A stretch of 64,000 nt of DNA. Origin: Octopus bimaculoides (lineage: Eukaryota). Below the pieces are notes generated by a model, which was not told where the DNA came from, ran no database searches, and was given only the letters and a program-made list of their open reading frames with translations. Below are positions 51,730 to 64,000 of this stretch, piece by piece. The stretch covers positions 159,384,175-159,448,174 of the forward strand of contig NC_068983.1 in the NCBI RefSeq assembly GCF_001194135.2, read 5' to 3'. Each line of letters opens with the position of its first letter. Position 1 is the stretch's first letter. Position numbers and translations under genes: made by a program.

Positions 51730-54348
51730 CATCGCGTCAAGTTTCTGGTGACTAGAATTAGGATGGGTGAGCTCATTTTGAGCGATCGGCCATCCACACG
51801 AGTGGTATCTTGTAAAATCATCCAGCACGTGAATTTAAAACCCATGCAGGTGGTCTAAGACAGTAGCCATGGACAGTCCAATGAAACATACAGTGCTCTA
51901 GAGTTGGAGTCGACGTCCACGAGTAATGTGGCGTAGAGCGAGAAGACGAAAATGTAGCTACTCTTCTCTATAAATGCATCTCCCATTTCAGAAATTGATA
52001 TCTTGATAATGTTGCTTAGCTGCAGGTAAGCCTTCGTGAAATAGACCTGTGATCATATACGATCAAGTCATTGATATTCCATCTTTTTGTATATCAGAGG
52101 CTACATTTTTCCATATATCCTTCTTTAACATGGTAGAGTGTGGTAACTTCACAGCTGTTTCTAGTATACCGAGCGATTGTGTACAGACTACTTTGTAGAT
52201 ATATTATCTTCAGAATTTGCGGTTTTCTACAGAAACCATCCTTCTTCTCTTCCTTCCTTCCTTTCTTCTCAATTCAAATCCGCTTTTCTAAATTTTTATC
52301 CCCATCTTTTCTTATCCCTTACTTTATTGCATATTTCGCTTTTCCCTAACAATCGCAGAGAATTAAATAGAAATAACTTATGATTTACGTTGTGTTTTAA
52401 TGCTTTGTAACTAAGGAAACATTTTCAGGATGACTTATGTTTCCGTGAGTAAGCTGCATAGGGTAAAGACAGCACATTATAAATTGTCAGGAAGAGACCC
52501 AAGTGTCGCTTTTAATCTACAGGGTACATTAGAAAAGAATATGGTATAAAATAGCTATAAGTAGGAGTCAAAAGTTATTGACAGCGTCATCTCGCAGGTT
52601 TAGGATCAGGAGTTTGTTTTGGAGATTATTCTCAAATAAATGTCTTATATTACGCTTTTTATCAACCTCCACGATTCTCTTATCACTCAATCTGTAAAAT
52701 TAGCTTTAACTCCTTTATTTCCCTTGTTATTGACTATTTTTCTGATAATACCATCCTGTGCGTCTTGTTTTTTTTTTTTTATAAGACAGCAAAGTGTGAT
52801 TTGAAGAACATTTGATAGTAATTTAGAGTTGGTCGAGCATCAGCATAGAGTCACTACTGTTGGTGCCAATACCCGACGAGATGGTCAACGACGGGATGAC
52901 TTTGATTATATGTTGATCTGCTTCGAAATAAAAACAACGTTCGCCCAGTTTCTGATATCGCAATTCTTCCATGTACTTTCTCCTAAGACAGAAAAAACAT
53001 AAAACAGTTACGCTGACGAATATCGTTTGATTCTTTGTTATAAACAAGTAACAGCACCTAAACTACAAGAGTATATTGTATTTGCTCCGGTAAATTGATA
53101 TCTTTAGTTAAGAAATCATTTTAATTGCAAATTAATACATTTAATAATGCAATCTATGATGTTTAAAAGCAGCAACTTAGAAGTCACTGTCAATAATACA
53201 ATAAACGTCAACAAATAAGTATATTTCATTTATGGGTTTCGTTATAGATTCATATGGAATTTTGTTTGAAATTGATTATTGATTCCTATTGACAATAATA
53301 AAATTTATAGCCACAATATCGATAGATTTATAGATTAATGGAGAGACAGAAAGAAAGAAACGGAGAAAAAGAGTTACAGGATATCATCAAAGATAGTTCT
53401 AGACAGTTCTTTATTTGAAATCACACTGAATGGTTTTGACTCTAAAAAACATAGCAGCTCTTTATTTCTATACATTACAAATTCAATATTCTTTCCTATT
53501 CTGAAAGAAATCATTATAGAAACTCCCTCTCTCAGTCTCACTCTATCTGTCTCTCTCTCTGTCTGTCTCTTTCTCCTTTTCCCACCCCTTTACTCTGTGT
53601 GTGTATATGTGTGTGTATGTCTCCCTCTCTCACCTTCCCTCCTCTCCTCTTCAAACACGCAGAAGAAGATACGAAAGCATGTAGTTAAATACATACGAAT
53701 ATGAATTCAGATGAATTCAAACATACTCGCACAAAACTACGTACACATGCATACTAAATACCAATTATATATATATATATATATNNNNNNNNNNNNNNNN
53801 NNNNNNNNNNNNNNNNNNNNNNNNNNNNNNNNNNNNNNNNNNNNNNNNNNNNNNNNNNNNNNNNNNNNNNNNNNNNNNNNNNNNNNNNNNNNNNNNNNNN
53901 NNNNNNNNNNNNNNNNNNNNNNNNNNNNNNNNNNNNNNNNNNNNNNNNNNNNNNNNNNNNNNNNNNNNNNNNNNNNNNNNNNNNNNNNNNNNNNNNNNNN
54001 NNNNNNNNNNNNNNNNNNNNNNNNNNNNNNNNNNNNNNNNNNNNNNNNNNNNNNNNNNNNNNNNNNNNNNNNNNNNNNNNNNNNNNNNNNNNNNNNNNNN
54101 NNNNNNNNNNNNNNNNNNNNNNNNNNNNNNNNNNNNNNNNNNNNNNNNNNNNNNNNNNNNNNNNNNNNNNNNNNNNNNNNNNNNNNNNNNNNNNNNNNNN
54201 NNNNNNNNNNNNNNNNNNNNNNNNNNNNNNGGGGGGAGAGAGACACACACATATATGTAATGTATGTATGTATTATGTATGGATGTATGTATATATGTAT
54301 GTATGTATGTATGTATTATGTATGTATGTATATATGTATGTATGTATG

Positions 54349-54398
<50 letters not shown>

Positions 54399-54422
54399 AC
54401 TATCAACAGAACAAAAATGGCA

Positions 54423-54797
54423 TTTAAAATTTACGACAGTTGATTCGGTAGAATTTTATTGATGTATTCTTAGATTACATCATAACATATAGTCCACCAT
54501 CTTCAGGTATAATTTTAAACAGGTAAGTCGTCAAGCAAGTGTGACTTTATTCATCGAACACGACGAATCTAATGTCGTTGGATAAGTAATATTTTTTAAA
54601 ATAGCAGTCATATTTCTTGAAAAATTCAATAAATTGAATGTTATTTTATAAAATATTTCTTATCCAACAACGTTGGATTTGACACACTTGATGAAACATT
54701 TTACGCGTTCAAAATTTCATATAAAGGTAGCGTAATATGGTGTATTCTATGAATACATCAACAAGAATCTACCGAAACAGGTGTCACAAATTTAAAA
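54423..54797. repeat. Long imperfect palindrome / foldback MITE-like element
   Basis: Arms align throughout (e.g. ttcggtagaattttattgatgtattc vs revcomp ttcggtagattcttgttgatgtattc); centre ~54623. Confidence 0.8.
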
Positions 54798-54868
54798 CGT
54801 GTTATCTTTTTATGTCTACGCCACATTTGGAACCAACCGTAAAATCGGATCTACAGTTTAAATTGGAT

Positions 54869-54984
54869 TTGGTCGGCCGGAGGCTATAGTAGAAGATACT
54901 TGCCCAAGGTACCATGCAGTGGGACCGAACCAGGAACCATGTGGTTGGTAAGCAAGCTACTTACCACACAGCCATTCCTGCGCC
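54869..54984 (-). mobile_element. SINE family A head
   Basis: Near-exact reverse complement of 63738-63855. Confidence 0.9.
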
Positions 54985-55158
54985 TGTTCGAAGTTTATAA
55001 TGGACACAGGTTCGTGTGTCACATAGCTAGCTAGAAGCGATGGCCTCTTGGAGCTAATCAACGGTAGCATTCGTCCTATTTTTGGGACTGCCATATTGGC
55101 TTGGCGATAACTATTAATATCCAGTACCGCTGCCGTAGTCTCCTTTAGAGAGACTTAG

Positions 55159-55210
<52 letters not shown>

Positions 55211-58200
55211 ACCGCCAACAACACCGATGTAGACAACACCGTCACCTACTCCTACCAACCTACAGTCAGTCTTCCACTACTGCCCCCAGTATAACCTTTA
55301 CGGTACCAACAGCGTCATCATTTGGGGTAACTGTCCCTCCGGCCATCCAAATGAGAGGATCTACGTGTGCATACATTTTTGTGACTGTACTCTTCTGAAG
55401 ATGGACTTTTGCGCCCAAAATATAGAGAGATTTTTCCGCTTTTGTCTCTGCATTGTTAGAAGCTTTTCTCATTTCACATGTTATTTTACACACGCAATTA
55501 CACATACATGCACGCACACAGACACAGACACACATGCGCGAACACACAAACACACACACACACGCACGCATACATATATGCAGGCATACACGCACACCCA
55601 CCTACACCCACACACACATGTACATACAAACATAGATATATCTCCAATGTGACGTAGACGTCGGGTTAGCACATCGGCTACTGCATTATTTACTTTGCTT
55701 AGTCAGTTACTGATATTGTATGTATCAATGTCGGGATATTCAGATGTTATGGTGCTACTGGATGTCTGTCACTGAATACAAAACTGGGTGAAATCACGTG
55801 ATCCATCCGTTCCGGTGGTCGTAGCAGACAGTTCGCATCTGCCAACGATATAAATACGAGTGCTTTTATGCACCAAGAGTCCAAATGTAAGGTCCTTTCA
55901 AGGTAATTATGTTCTCATTACGTTTCAGATAAAGATTGCCTTTTGGAATTAATACTTCTGTCGCTACCAATCATAGAGTTCTGTATTTATACACATATAT
56001 GAAGATAAGGACACACTCTCTCTCACACACACACACACAATATATATATATATGCGTGTGTATGCATGGGTGCGTGAGTGTCCGTGTGTGTGCGTTTGTG
56101 TGTTTGTGTGTGTATACATATGTACATATATGTATTCTGTGGACTTTAAGGGTAACTGTCAGATCAAATTAGTATGATTCAAATTGGCAGTAATTGCGGA
56201 CACTTGAATTGCGAGTGTATTCTAGCCGATGGGTTTGAAGCAATTTCTGTGTAATAGTTGCATTTATAAGTCATTGGTGCATAAATATTCAAGCGATAAA
56301 CATTCTGATAACTATTCAATCGATTGGTTAACAATAAAGAAATGATATTGAACCAGTGCATGTGTTTTATTATTATTCGTGTAATGACCCTCCCAAGACA
56401 CAAGATTTGTTTCATCCCGAATTCACATCAAAGATCTTATTTTGCAAGCTAAATACAAAACCGATACATACACACACACGCACGCACCACCACACATGCA
56501 CACGCAAAAATCTAAGCGAATGTAGCATATATCTATTTCTATAAGGTGTAGCATTGTAGCTACATCTTATACAAATAGCAACGAAATATCCCTCATATTA
56601 CACCCTACTATCTTATGTAAGTATATGTGGGTGTGTTAGCCAATATCAAAGCCTCTATATAGAATCTTGAAATTATAAAATTAGCGACATATGCATATGT
56701 AGGCATAAAAAATGGAATGAGACCTTCACATAGTAGCTAAACTTACTAAAACTGCAAGCAGGTCTTCCTCAAATCACACTCTTCTGTTTTATGAGTGGTA
56801 TATGTATTTTGTGCATGAATCAACGTGTAAGAACTGCATGCGACAGATTGACATGCAAGAATTAACAACCAATTATCGCTCAAATTAGACCACATTGCTA
56901 ATTTGTTACAATATCAGGACAAGCCTTTTTATTTTTCCCAGTTTAGAATATATTAAAATATGTTGAGCTTTATTTCTTCCAATGAAATATTCTACTTTAT
57001 TTTTAATTAGGAGTTTGCAACAACCCGGCACGCATAAATACTAAAGCTGTTAAAATGCATACATTCGTAAAATGTTATTTATATACATTGAAGTAAAGAA
57101 GTCAACTGCTAAGGAAAAAAAGTTATAATTTGTTATATTATTAAATTAAAAGCTTTCTTACGATGACGATATCAAAATCAATATTGTTTCATTAAAGTAG
57201 AGTTAAGGTCGATTATGACAAAAATATTCAGTATAGAAAATCAAAGAGTAAAAACTGTCAAACATTGATCAAGGCATCTTAACGGAAGATTAGCTCAAAG
57301 CAGGAAAACCTCTATTGAAGTTAAAAGCAATTGAGAAAACATACTTTCTCTCTATCAGAAAAACGATTTGGAAACACGAGGGCGTTAATGTTAATGAAAA
57401 GGCGATGTTTTAAACGAAAAGGTGATAAAAAGCTGATATATTAAACCAAGAATAGAATTCTGCTGGTGAATTTGATGTTGCTTATGATTAGCTTTAATGA
57501 AGCTAATAGAGATACTTATTTCCTCCTTTCAAAAGCAGTTCAACTCCAAGTATTTAATAATCTAAATGGTCCATTAGAATCACGAAAGAATTTTTTTCTG
57601 TTTAAAGAAGTTAAACTGAAACATTTACATTAGAGACATTATTTAAACTTTAATTACTTTTTATAATTAACAATACAGAATTTTATGTATTGAAAATACG
57701 TTATAGTTTACATAGAATATGTATACTTATTTTAATATATGTAACTTGATTTATTTCCCCACGTGTCATTATTCTGTTTAAGCTATACATACATATATAT
57801 ATATATACACATACATACACACATTTTAATTTTAGTGTCTATAGCCAATGCTAGCTCCAAACTTTAGTCTAACGAATTACATAAATCATAAGATGCAACA
57901 AATACAAATGAAAAATGAATACCTTTGTTGTTTTCTTCGGAACATATTTCTGAATTTTGCTGTCACAAGTGAGAATACATCATCTTTGATTAATTATGTA
58001 CATTAATCTGACAGGGACAGTAATTTTTGAAACTTTACATAAAAGCGTTTTTCTTATTCATTAATAAGAAAGTCAGCTGGCATTTTTGTTTTCATTATTC
58101 TTTCCGTTGTCAAACTACTTGATTGATGTTGCAAGAAATGGTTTCTTTAATTCTGCAGTACAACTACACATACACACCACGTACCTCTAACTCCAAAGCC

Positions 58201-58721
58201 ATACATGCACTCGGCATATACTTACTCTACAGCTATATGCCCATAACTTTATTTCTTTCATATCACTTATTTAAATTAGAACATTTGATACTTTATTGCC
58301 TGACCATAAACTGAATTCGTTGCTCGGTTTAACATCACCACTTGATCTCTAAGTGCATCTAACAAGGTTCATTCTGCTATATGTAATCGAGCCGAGTCTC
58401 AGACCTGAGAATGCACACTACATTTTCCTAGAGTAATCTCAGTTAATACAAGATTTCGAAATCTCACCGTACTATACGTAAAATTCTACCTTAACTGTAC
58501 GTATTTACTTCAGTGATACGATCCGATAATAAATTTATATGTTGATATGCTGCTTCCTAAATTGTATTTTAGCCAATTCGTCATCTCTTTTAATTTCGGA
58601 GGCTCTGGAAAGCTCTCGAGCGTTGTCCTACTTCTCGCTTCTGTGTAAACTGTAAAAAAGAGAAACTGAAAACTTAGAAAAATCAATAAGCATTATAATT
58701 CTGATTATGTCCGTCACCTTA

Positions 58722-58802
58722 CCTCCTCCTCTCCCTCCTCCTCTCCCTCCTCCTCTCCCTCCTCCTCTCCCTCCTCCTCTCCCTCCTCCTCTCCCTCCTC
58801 CT
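58722..58802. repeat. 12-bp (CCTCCTCCTCTC)n repeat running into a gap
   Basis: Directly visible. Confidence 0.9.
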
Positions 58803-60073
58803 NNNNNNNNNNNNNNNNNNNNNNNNNNNNNNNNNNNNNNNNNNNNNNNNNNNNNNNNNNNNNNNNNNNNNNNNNNNNNNNNNNNNNNNNNNNNNNNNNN
58901 NNNNNNNNNNNNNNNNNNNNNNNNNNNNNNNNNNNNNNNNNNNNNNNNNNNNNNNNNNNNNNNNNNNNNNNNNNNNNNNNNNNNNNNNNNNNNNNNNNNN
59001 NNNNNNNNNNNNNNNNNNNNNNNNNNNNNNNNNNNNNNNNNNNNNNNNNNNNNNNNNNNNNNNNNNNNNNNNNACTACTACTACTACTACTACTACTGTC
59101 TTTGCTTCTGGCCGCTACTAAGGACCACAATCTGCCATTTCTCGGTAGTGGAACAAAGTAAGAAGAAGACAATCCTCGATTTATTAGTCACAGCGATTAT
59201 GACCTCCTTTCTCTCCGACAATGTCAAAGACAATTGTTAGCAATTTGCGTATTAAATTATTTCTTCCTCCAAAAAAAAAAAAAAAAGATTTTATTAGCTG
59301 GTGTGTCTCAAGAAATGTATTTAAAGTACCAGATATAAAATCAGTGTAGTTACGCTGTATGCATAAAACATTGATTGGCTCGTCGAACATACAATACAGC
59401 ACCAGTTTTGTTTCGAAAAGAGATTTTGTTTAGTCCATTCGAAAAACTGCCCAAATAGCAGCCATCACCATCGCCCACATCATCTTGATCACATAAACAG
59501 CACCAGCATCAATTTGTAGACGAATATTAATATCACATTCGCTCTTTTGCAGCAACCACAGATGTTGCCGTCAGCAAAACCGGATTTAGTACAAGAGTTA
59601 CCATAATACAGACTGATACTTGATTACATGCATTTGATATTTAAATAAAAGAAACTTCAAGAAACTATGACGATAAAGGAACGTTCTCGTAAATAAATTA
59701 TTTTAGAAGGTAAAGTTATTTGATAATAAATAACTGACAAAAGACGAATATTTCAGAATAGCCAGTAAAATATAAAGGTGGAATCAATCTGGCAGAAGAA
59801 ATCACGTGTCACATAATTATCTCCCTTAGACTCGTTTTCTGTGTTTCGTACATGTACACGCATATACATAGATACATACACACATATACAGCTACACACC
59901 CATATACATACACCTACGTTGTATTTTATTATTTTGGGTATATTTTAGGTATTTAATTTCTATGTAACCTGAAGAAAATTGAAGCTAGCAGTATGAGATA
60001 AGAAGGTTTAGTACTGAAACATTAAATGAACAGGAATACATATGTGTTGACATTGATATTAGTATTATGTATG

Positions 60074-60112
<39 letters not shown>

Positions 60113-61129
60113 GCCTTTTCACCTTTTTAGTAGAGATATCACCAGAGGAGTTACAGAATTAGATAGAACTCTATATAAACAGCATGCCATAGATTATAGC
60201 CAAATAGGTGGTGGAGAAAAGATTGTAAACAAAGAAAGAGTGCAGGTTTGTTATATTAACAAATCATACTTATATATTAGCCTTTTAATTTTATGGAATT
60301 AGCTTTGTAACAGGATGCGGTTCTAAGGATACTGTCGTAATAAAAGGATATTGCTGCACTAAAATGATTTTGCCATAATAAAGTGGCATTGTTGCCATAA
60401 GAGTGATATCTTCTTGTATTCGCTGATACCGACATCATAAAAATGGTTTTGCTGTAGAAAATAACATTACAGTAATAAAATACTGGCAACGCTTTTCAGT
60501 AATTATAGCGGCTGTAAAATATTGATTGCGGTACTGATAAAGCTTTGGAGCTATATTGGCTGCGGTTGTAATGGACAAAAAGGCTTTCAAAATGTTATTA
60601 GCTATTTTATGGGGGCTTTAATGAAACAGGTGGATAGTTGGATATTTTATATTCGTAGCTCGGAAACAGGGTAAGTGAACAGATAGAATTGGAGACTATG
60701 ATCGGAAATGTATTCTCAGTTTTCCATAGGAAAACAAAGTTTGCCGGGCGATTGGGTCATATAGCAGAATTTTCTGAATATCATGGTGTATATCAAATGA
60801 AACAGTTACAATAACTTTTAGCCACTGTATCGGTCATAATATATTCAGGGTCATATATTGAAGAAACGAGAGATTAAGAAAACCATAATATGCACTAGTA
60901 CTTATTTTGAAGCTCTAGGAAGGATATTGGAGAAGATTTTAATGACTCATTTGTTTCCTGTTGTACTTACAGTTAATTAAAGCTTACCCGTGTACGAATA
61001 CAATGACGTTTAACTTGCTTTCGTATGGGAGCGCTTCTGTGTAATGACATTACATCTAGTTAATGATAATATTACATCACGTTGATCTTGTTTACCCTTT
61101 AATATTTGGTCATTAAAATTTAATAATCA

Positions 61130-61625
61130 AGTGATTAGGTACAACATGAAGATACGTTTACCGCTTGGGAAACGTACAACTACCTTTAATATGCTGAAAC
61201 TCATATGGAAATCCCAAACCTTGTCAGCAAACACAAAACTCAGGATCATTAACATGAATGCGAAAACGGTTCTGCTGCACGCGTGTGAAACACCGAAATG
61301 CTCCAAAAGTTTGTAAATAGCTTTCCCCAGAACAATTCGGATGAGGTGGCAAGATAGATTCATAAACAATAAAGAGAAAATGGAGTTGATTGAAAACCTG
61401 TTTCGAACATTACAAAGCAAGTCCTCCGATGGACACTCCAATGGAGACCGATGCGTGGCATAGAAAAATAGCATGGAGAAATTTTAATAAAGCAGGTATG
61501 GTCCACAGAAACTGAAGCACTGGCAAGTCGCCACACCTGGAGACAACTGCAATCCACTGTTAAAGATCGATATGGATGGAAATATCTTGTTGGCGCCCTT
61601 ATGATCCTCATAGGGATCAAAGGAA
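61130..61625 (+). mobile_element. RTE-clade LINE C-terminal remnant
   Basis: IRLPLGKRTTTFNMLKLIWKSQTLSANTKLRIINMNAKTVLLHACET...ITKQVLRW...HTWRQLQSTVKDRYGWKYLVGAL. Confidence 0.85.
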
Positions 61626-61704
61626 AACCTACGAAAACAGAAAAAGAGAAATACGTAGCTTTTTGAACGGATTTCTTCATCATTATGCGATATACCTTAG
61701 ATAA

Positions 61705-61710
61705 ATATGG

Positions 61711-61782
<72 letters not shown>

Positions 61783-61850
61783 ATCTATCTATCTAATCTA
61801 TCTATCTATCTATCTATCTAATCTATCTATCTAATCTATTTATCTGTTTG
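61705..61850. repeat. (TATC)n with TAATC interruptions
   Basis: Directly visible. Confidence 0.95.
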
Positions 61851-62290
61851 TCAGTCAATCGGTCTGTCTGTCTGCCTGTCTCTCTTTCTCTCTCTCTTTG
61901 TGTATGTGTGTGTATGAAATTCTTCTGGCACTTCCATATATAGAACTACAATGTCCAGTGTGTCCTTTTCATAACCGAAGACAGTAAAGATGATTTGGCA
62001 TAGAACAGACGCTTTCTTTTGCTGCTCCAAAATAAATTTTGTTGTTGCAACCTTGCTCAGTTTTAAATCCAATCTAAATGAAAAGATTCCGAATAAAATC
62101 ACTCCAAAAGAATCGTGATCAACCTGTGTTTTGCACATCAGGAACAGCATAGTGTTTCATATACATAGTGGTAGCGTGTGGTGAGACGGAGATTTTGCTG
62201 GTATTTCGAGAGACCAAGTTGGAGCAGTGTAGTTCAAGGTCAAAAACCAACCGATGTACGTTGTCGTTTTCTCTGCGAATGTATCTCTCT

Positions 62291-62336
<46 letters not shown>

Positions 62337-62685
62337 NNNNNNNNNNNNNNNNNNNNNNNNNNNNNNNNNNNNNNNNNNNNNNNNNNNNNNNNNNNNNNNN
62401 NNNNNNNNNTATATATATATACTTAGTTGGCATCATTATAATAACGATGTCTTTTGTCACATTATGTTATCATGTAAAGTAATATTGATGTTAGTTAATT
62501 ACTTTGTTCTCATTATGGCAAGTAACTATATATGTTATACTTGTGTCATGTGTTATTACATGGAAATATAGTTATGACTTGAGTACACAACTCATATTAT
62601 TGTTGTTTACAGGAAAATGTACGTACTCAAACGATACAATATAGTATTGATAACTGTTTTATTTCAGATTTTCATAAAGAAAAAA

Positions 62686-62708
62686 ATGTTGTTGAGATTT
62701 TTAGATTT
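62686..62708 (+). CDS. Candidate first coding segment (MLLRFLD-) of an unidentified gene; exon 62668-62708
   Basis: ttttatttcag acceptor, AAAAAAATG context, gtaaga donor; in phase with candidate exon 63016-63036; splice-signal inference only. Confidence 0.2.
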
Positions 62709-63737
62709 GTAAGAATAATTATTCCATTTCTTTGTTAGAATCTGCTGTCATTCTGATATACAGTATTCGATTTACTGTCAATTCATGTCTACAGTATATT
62801 TTTTTCACAGATGTTTTATATAAAAATGTATATTTTTTGACGAACCATTACATTGTATTTATCAGAAATATTTCTTTGTAATGATTGCTGCTTTTAAAGT
62901 AGTAAGCTGAACAGTATAGAGTTAATCAATGATGCTGTACTAAAAGACCACAGTATACGCCAATTCAAGACACTTCATTCCTGAATAGACTACTTGAGTT
63001 CTCTTCGGTTGTCAGATTGAAAAATAAGTTGAACAGGTCAGCTTGACTTTTTCCAGTGTTCTAAGAAAGAGATGGATTAGAAACGTCATGCATTAAGATT
63101 ATTTGAAACTGCACGTTCAACTTATTAAAAATTTTTTTTACCATTTTCAAAGAATTCGGTTTCATGCAATTGTCATTGTAGAATGAGAAAGCATAATATT
63201 GCTATTAGACTCATCTAGGTTAAGAACTGAATACAAATTAGGCACAAGGAAAGAAAGCAGCAGGGGTCCAGATTAAAGGAGCTGTATACTTTTATTCTAA
63301 TTTTGTTTCAGTTTCAATTCTCACTCTCATAGACGTTGCCTTTCACTTCGTATGGGATAGGAGACATAAATATTACTAATATTTCATTGTAAAATTAATT
63401 GACTGCGTACTCTTCTGTTACTACGTGACCTTTGCGCTGCATAAAAAAATAAACAAATGAATAAATAAAATTGATATTGAATTAATATTTATAATTTTTT
63501 TTTATTGGGAATAATGATAGCTGGATTAATGATGCAGTGAATGTAAGTTGGTCATTACATGGTTTCAGAACACTTGGAAGCGCAAAGGTTACCACAAAGT
63601 AGTATTTAGAAAATCATTTGTTACTATGAGATAAAAATATGAAAAGAAGCAGTCCCAAAATAATTAGTGTCTTGGGTTTATTAATGTTATTATCATATAA
63701 TTTGTTCTACTTTTCAAACTTTCTTTATATATATATA

Positions 63738-64000
63738 GGCGTTGGAGTGGCTGTGTTGTAAGTAGCTTGCTTACCAACCACATGGTCCCGGGTTCAGTCC
63801 CACTGCTGGCATCTTGGGCAAGTGTCTTCTACTATAGCCTCGGGCCGACCAAAGCCTTGTGAGTGGATTTGGTAGACGGAAACTGAAAGAAGCCCGTCGT
63901 ATGTATGTATATATATATATGTATGTGTGTATGTGTTTGTGTGTCTGTGTCTGTGTTTGTCCCCCAAACATCGCTTGACAACCATTGCTGGTGTGTTTAT
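63738..64000 (+). mobile_element. SINE family A, young copy running off the window end
   Basis: ggcgttggagtggctgtgttgtaag...gggttcagtccc...cttgggcaagtgtc...internal (TA/TG)n. Confidence 0.93.

Noticed and set aside
58707-59240. Formin-like poly-proline ORF
   Set aside because: It is a 12-bp simple repeat plus a gap plus (ACT)n, with no domain sequence.
60111-60302. 63-aa ORF with possible splice boundaries
   Set aside because: No homology recognised and weak donor sites.

Overview
AT-rich, microsatellite-dense animal genomic DNA with many N gaps, most of them flanked by (CA)n or (TA)n tracts. The tRNA-headed SINE families resemble those I recognise from Octopus, so a cephalopod source is inferred but not proven. 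No host protein-coding gene can be confidently identified; most long ORFs in the track are microsatellite or gap artefacts. The window is mainly a transposable-element graveyard. It holds four Penelope-like element (PLE) remnants from about three lineages, two RTE LINE 3' ends, a Gypsy pol fragment, two mariner derivatives, two maT-like remnants, a probable pogo/Tigger fossil, a hAT MITE, and about 20 SINE copies built from interchangeable modules. The most interesting signals are RNA-structural or mechanistic. One PLE 3' repeat carries a tRNA-like Pol III promoter upstream of a minimal hammerhead ribozyme, and two more degenerate hammerhead-like motifs lie next to PLEs. There is also a head-only SINE with a perfect 17-bp target-site duplication, a SINE dimer nested in a GIY-YIG domain, a mariner foldback made of two 5' ends, and a ~375-bp palindrome. 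A few candidate small exons are reported at low confidence.
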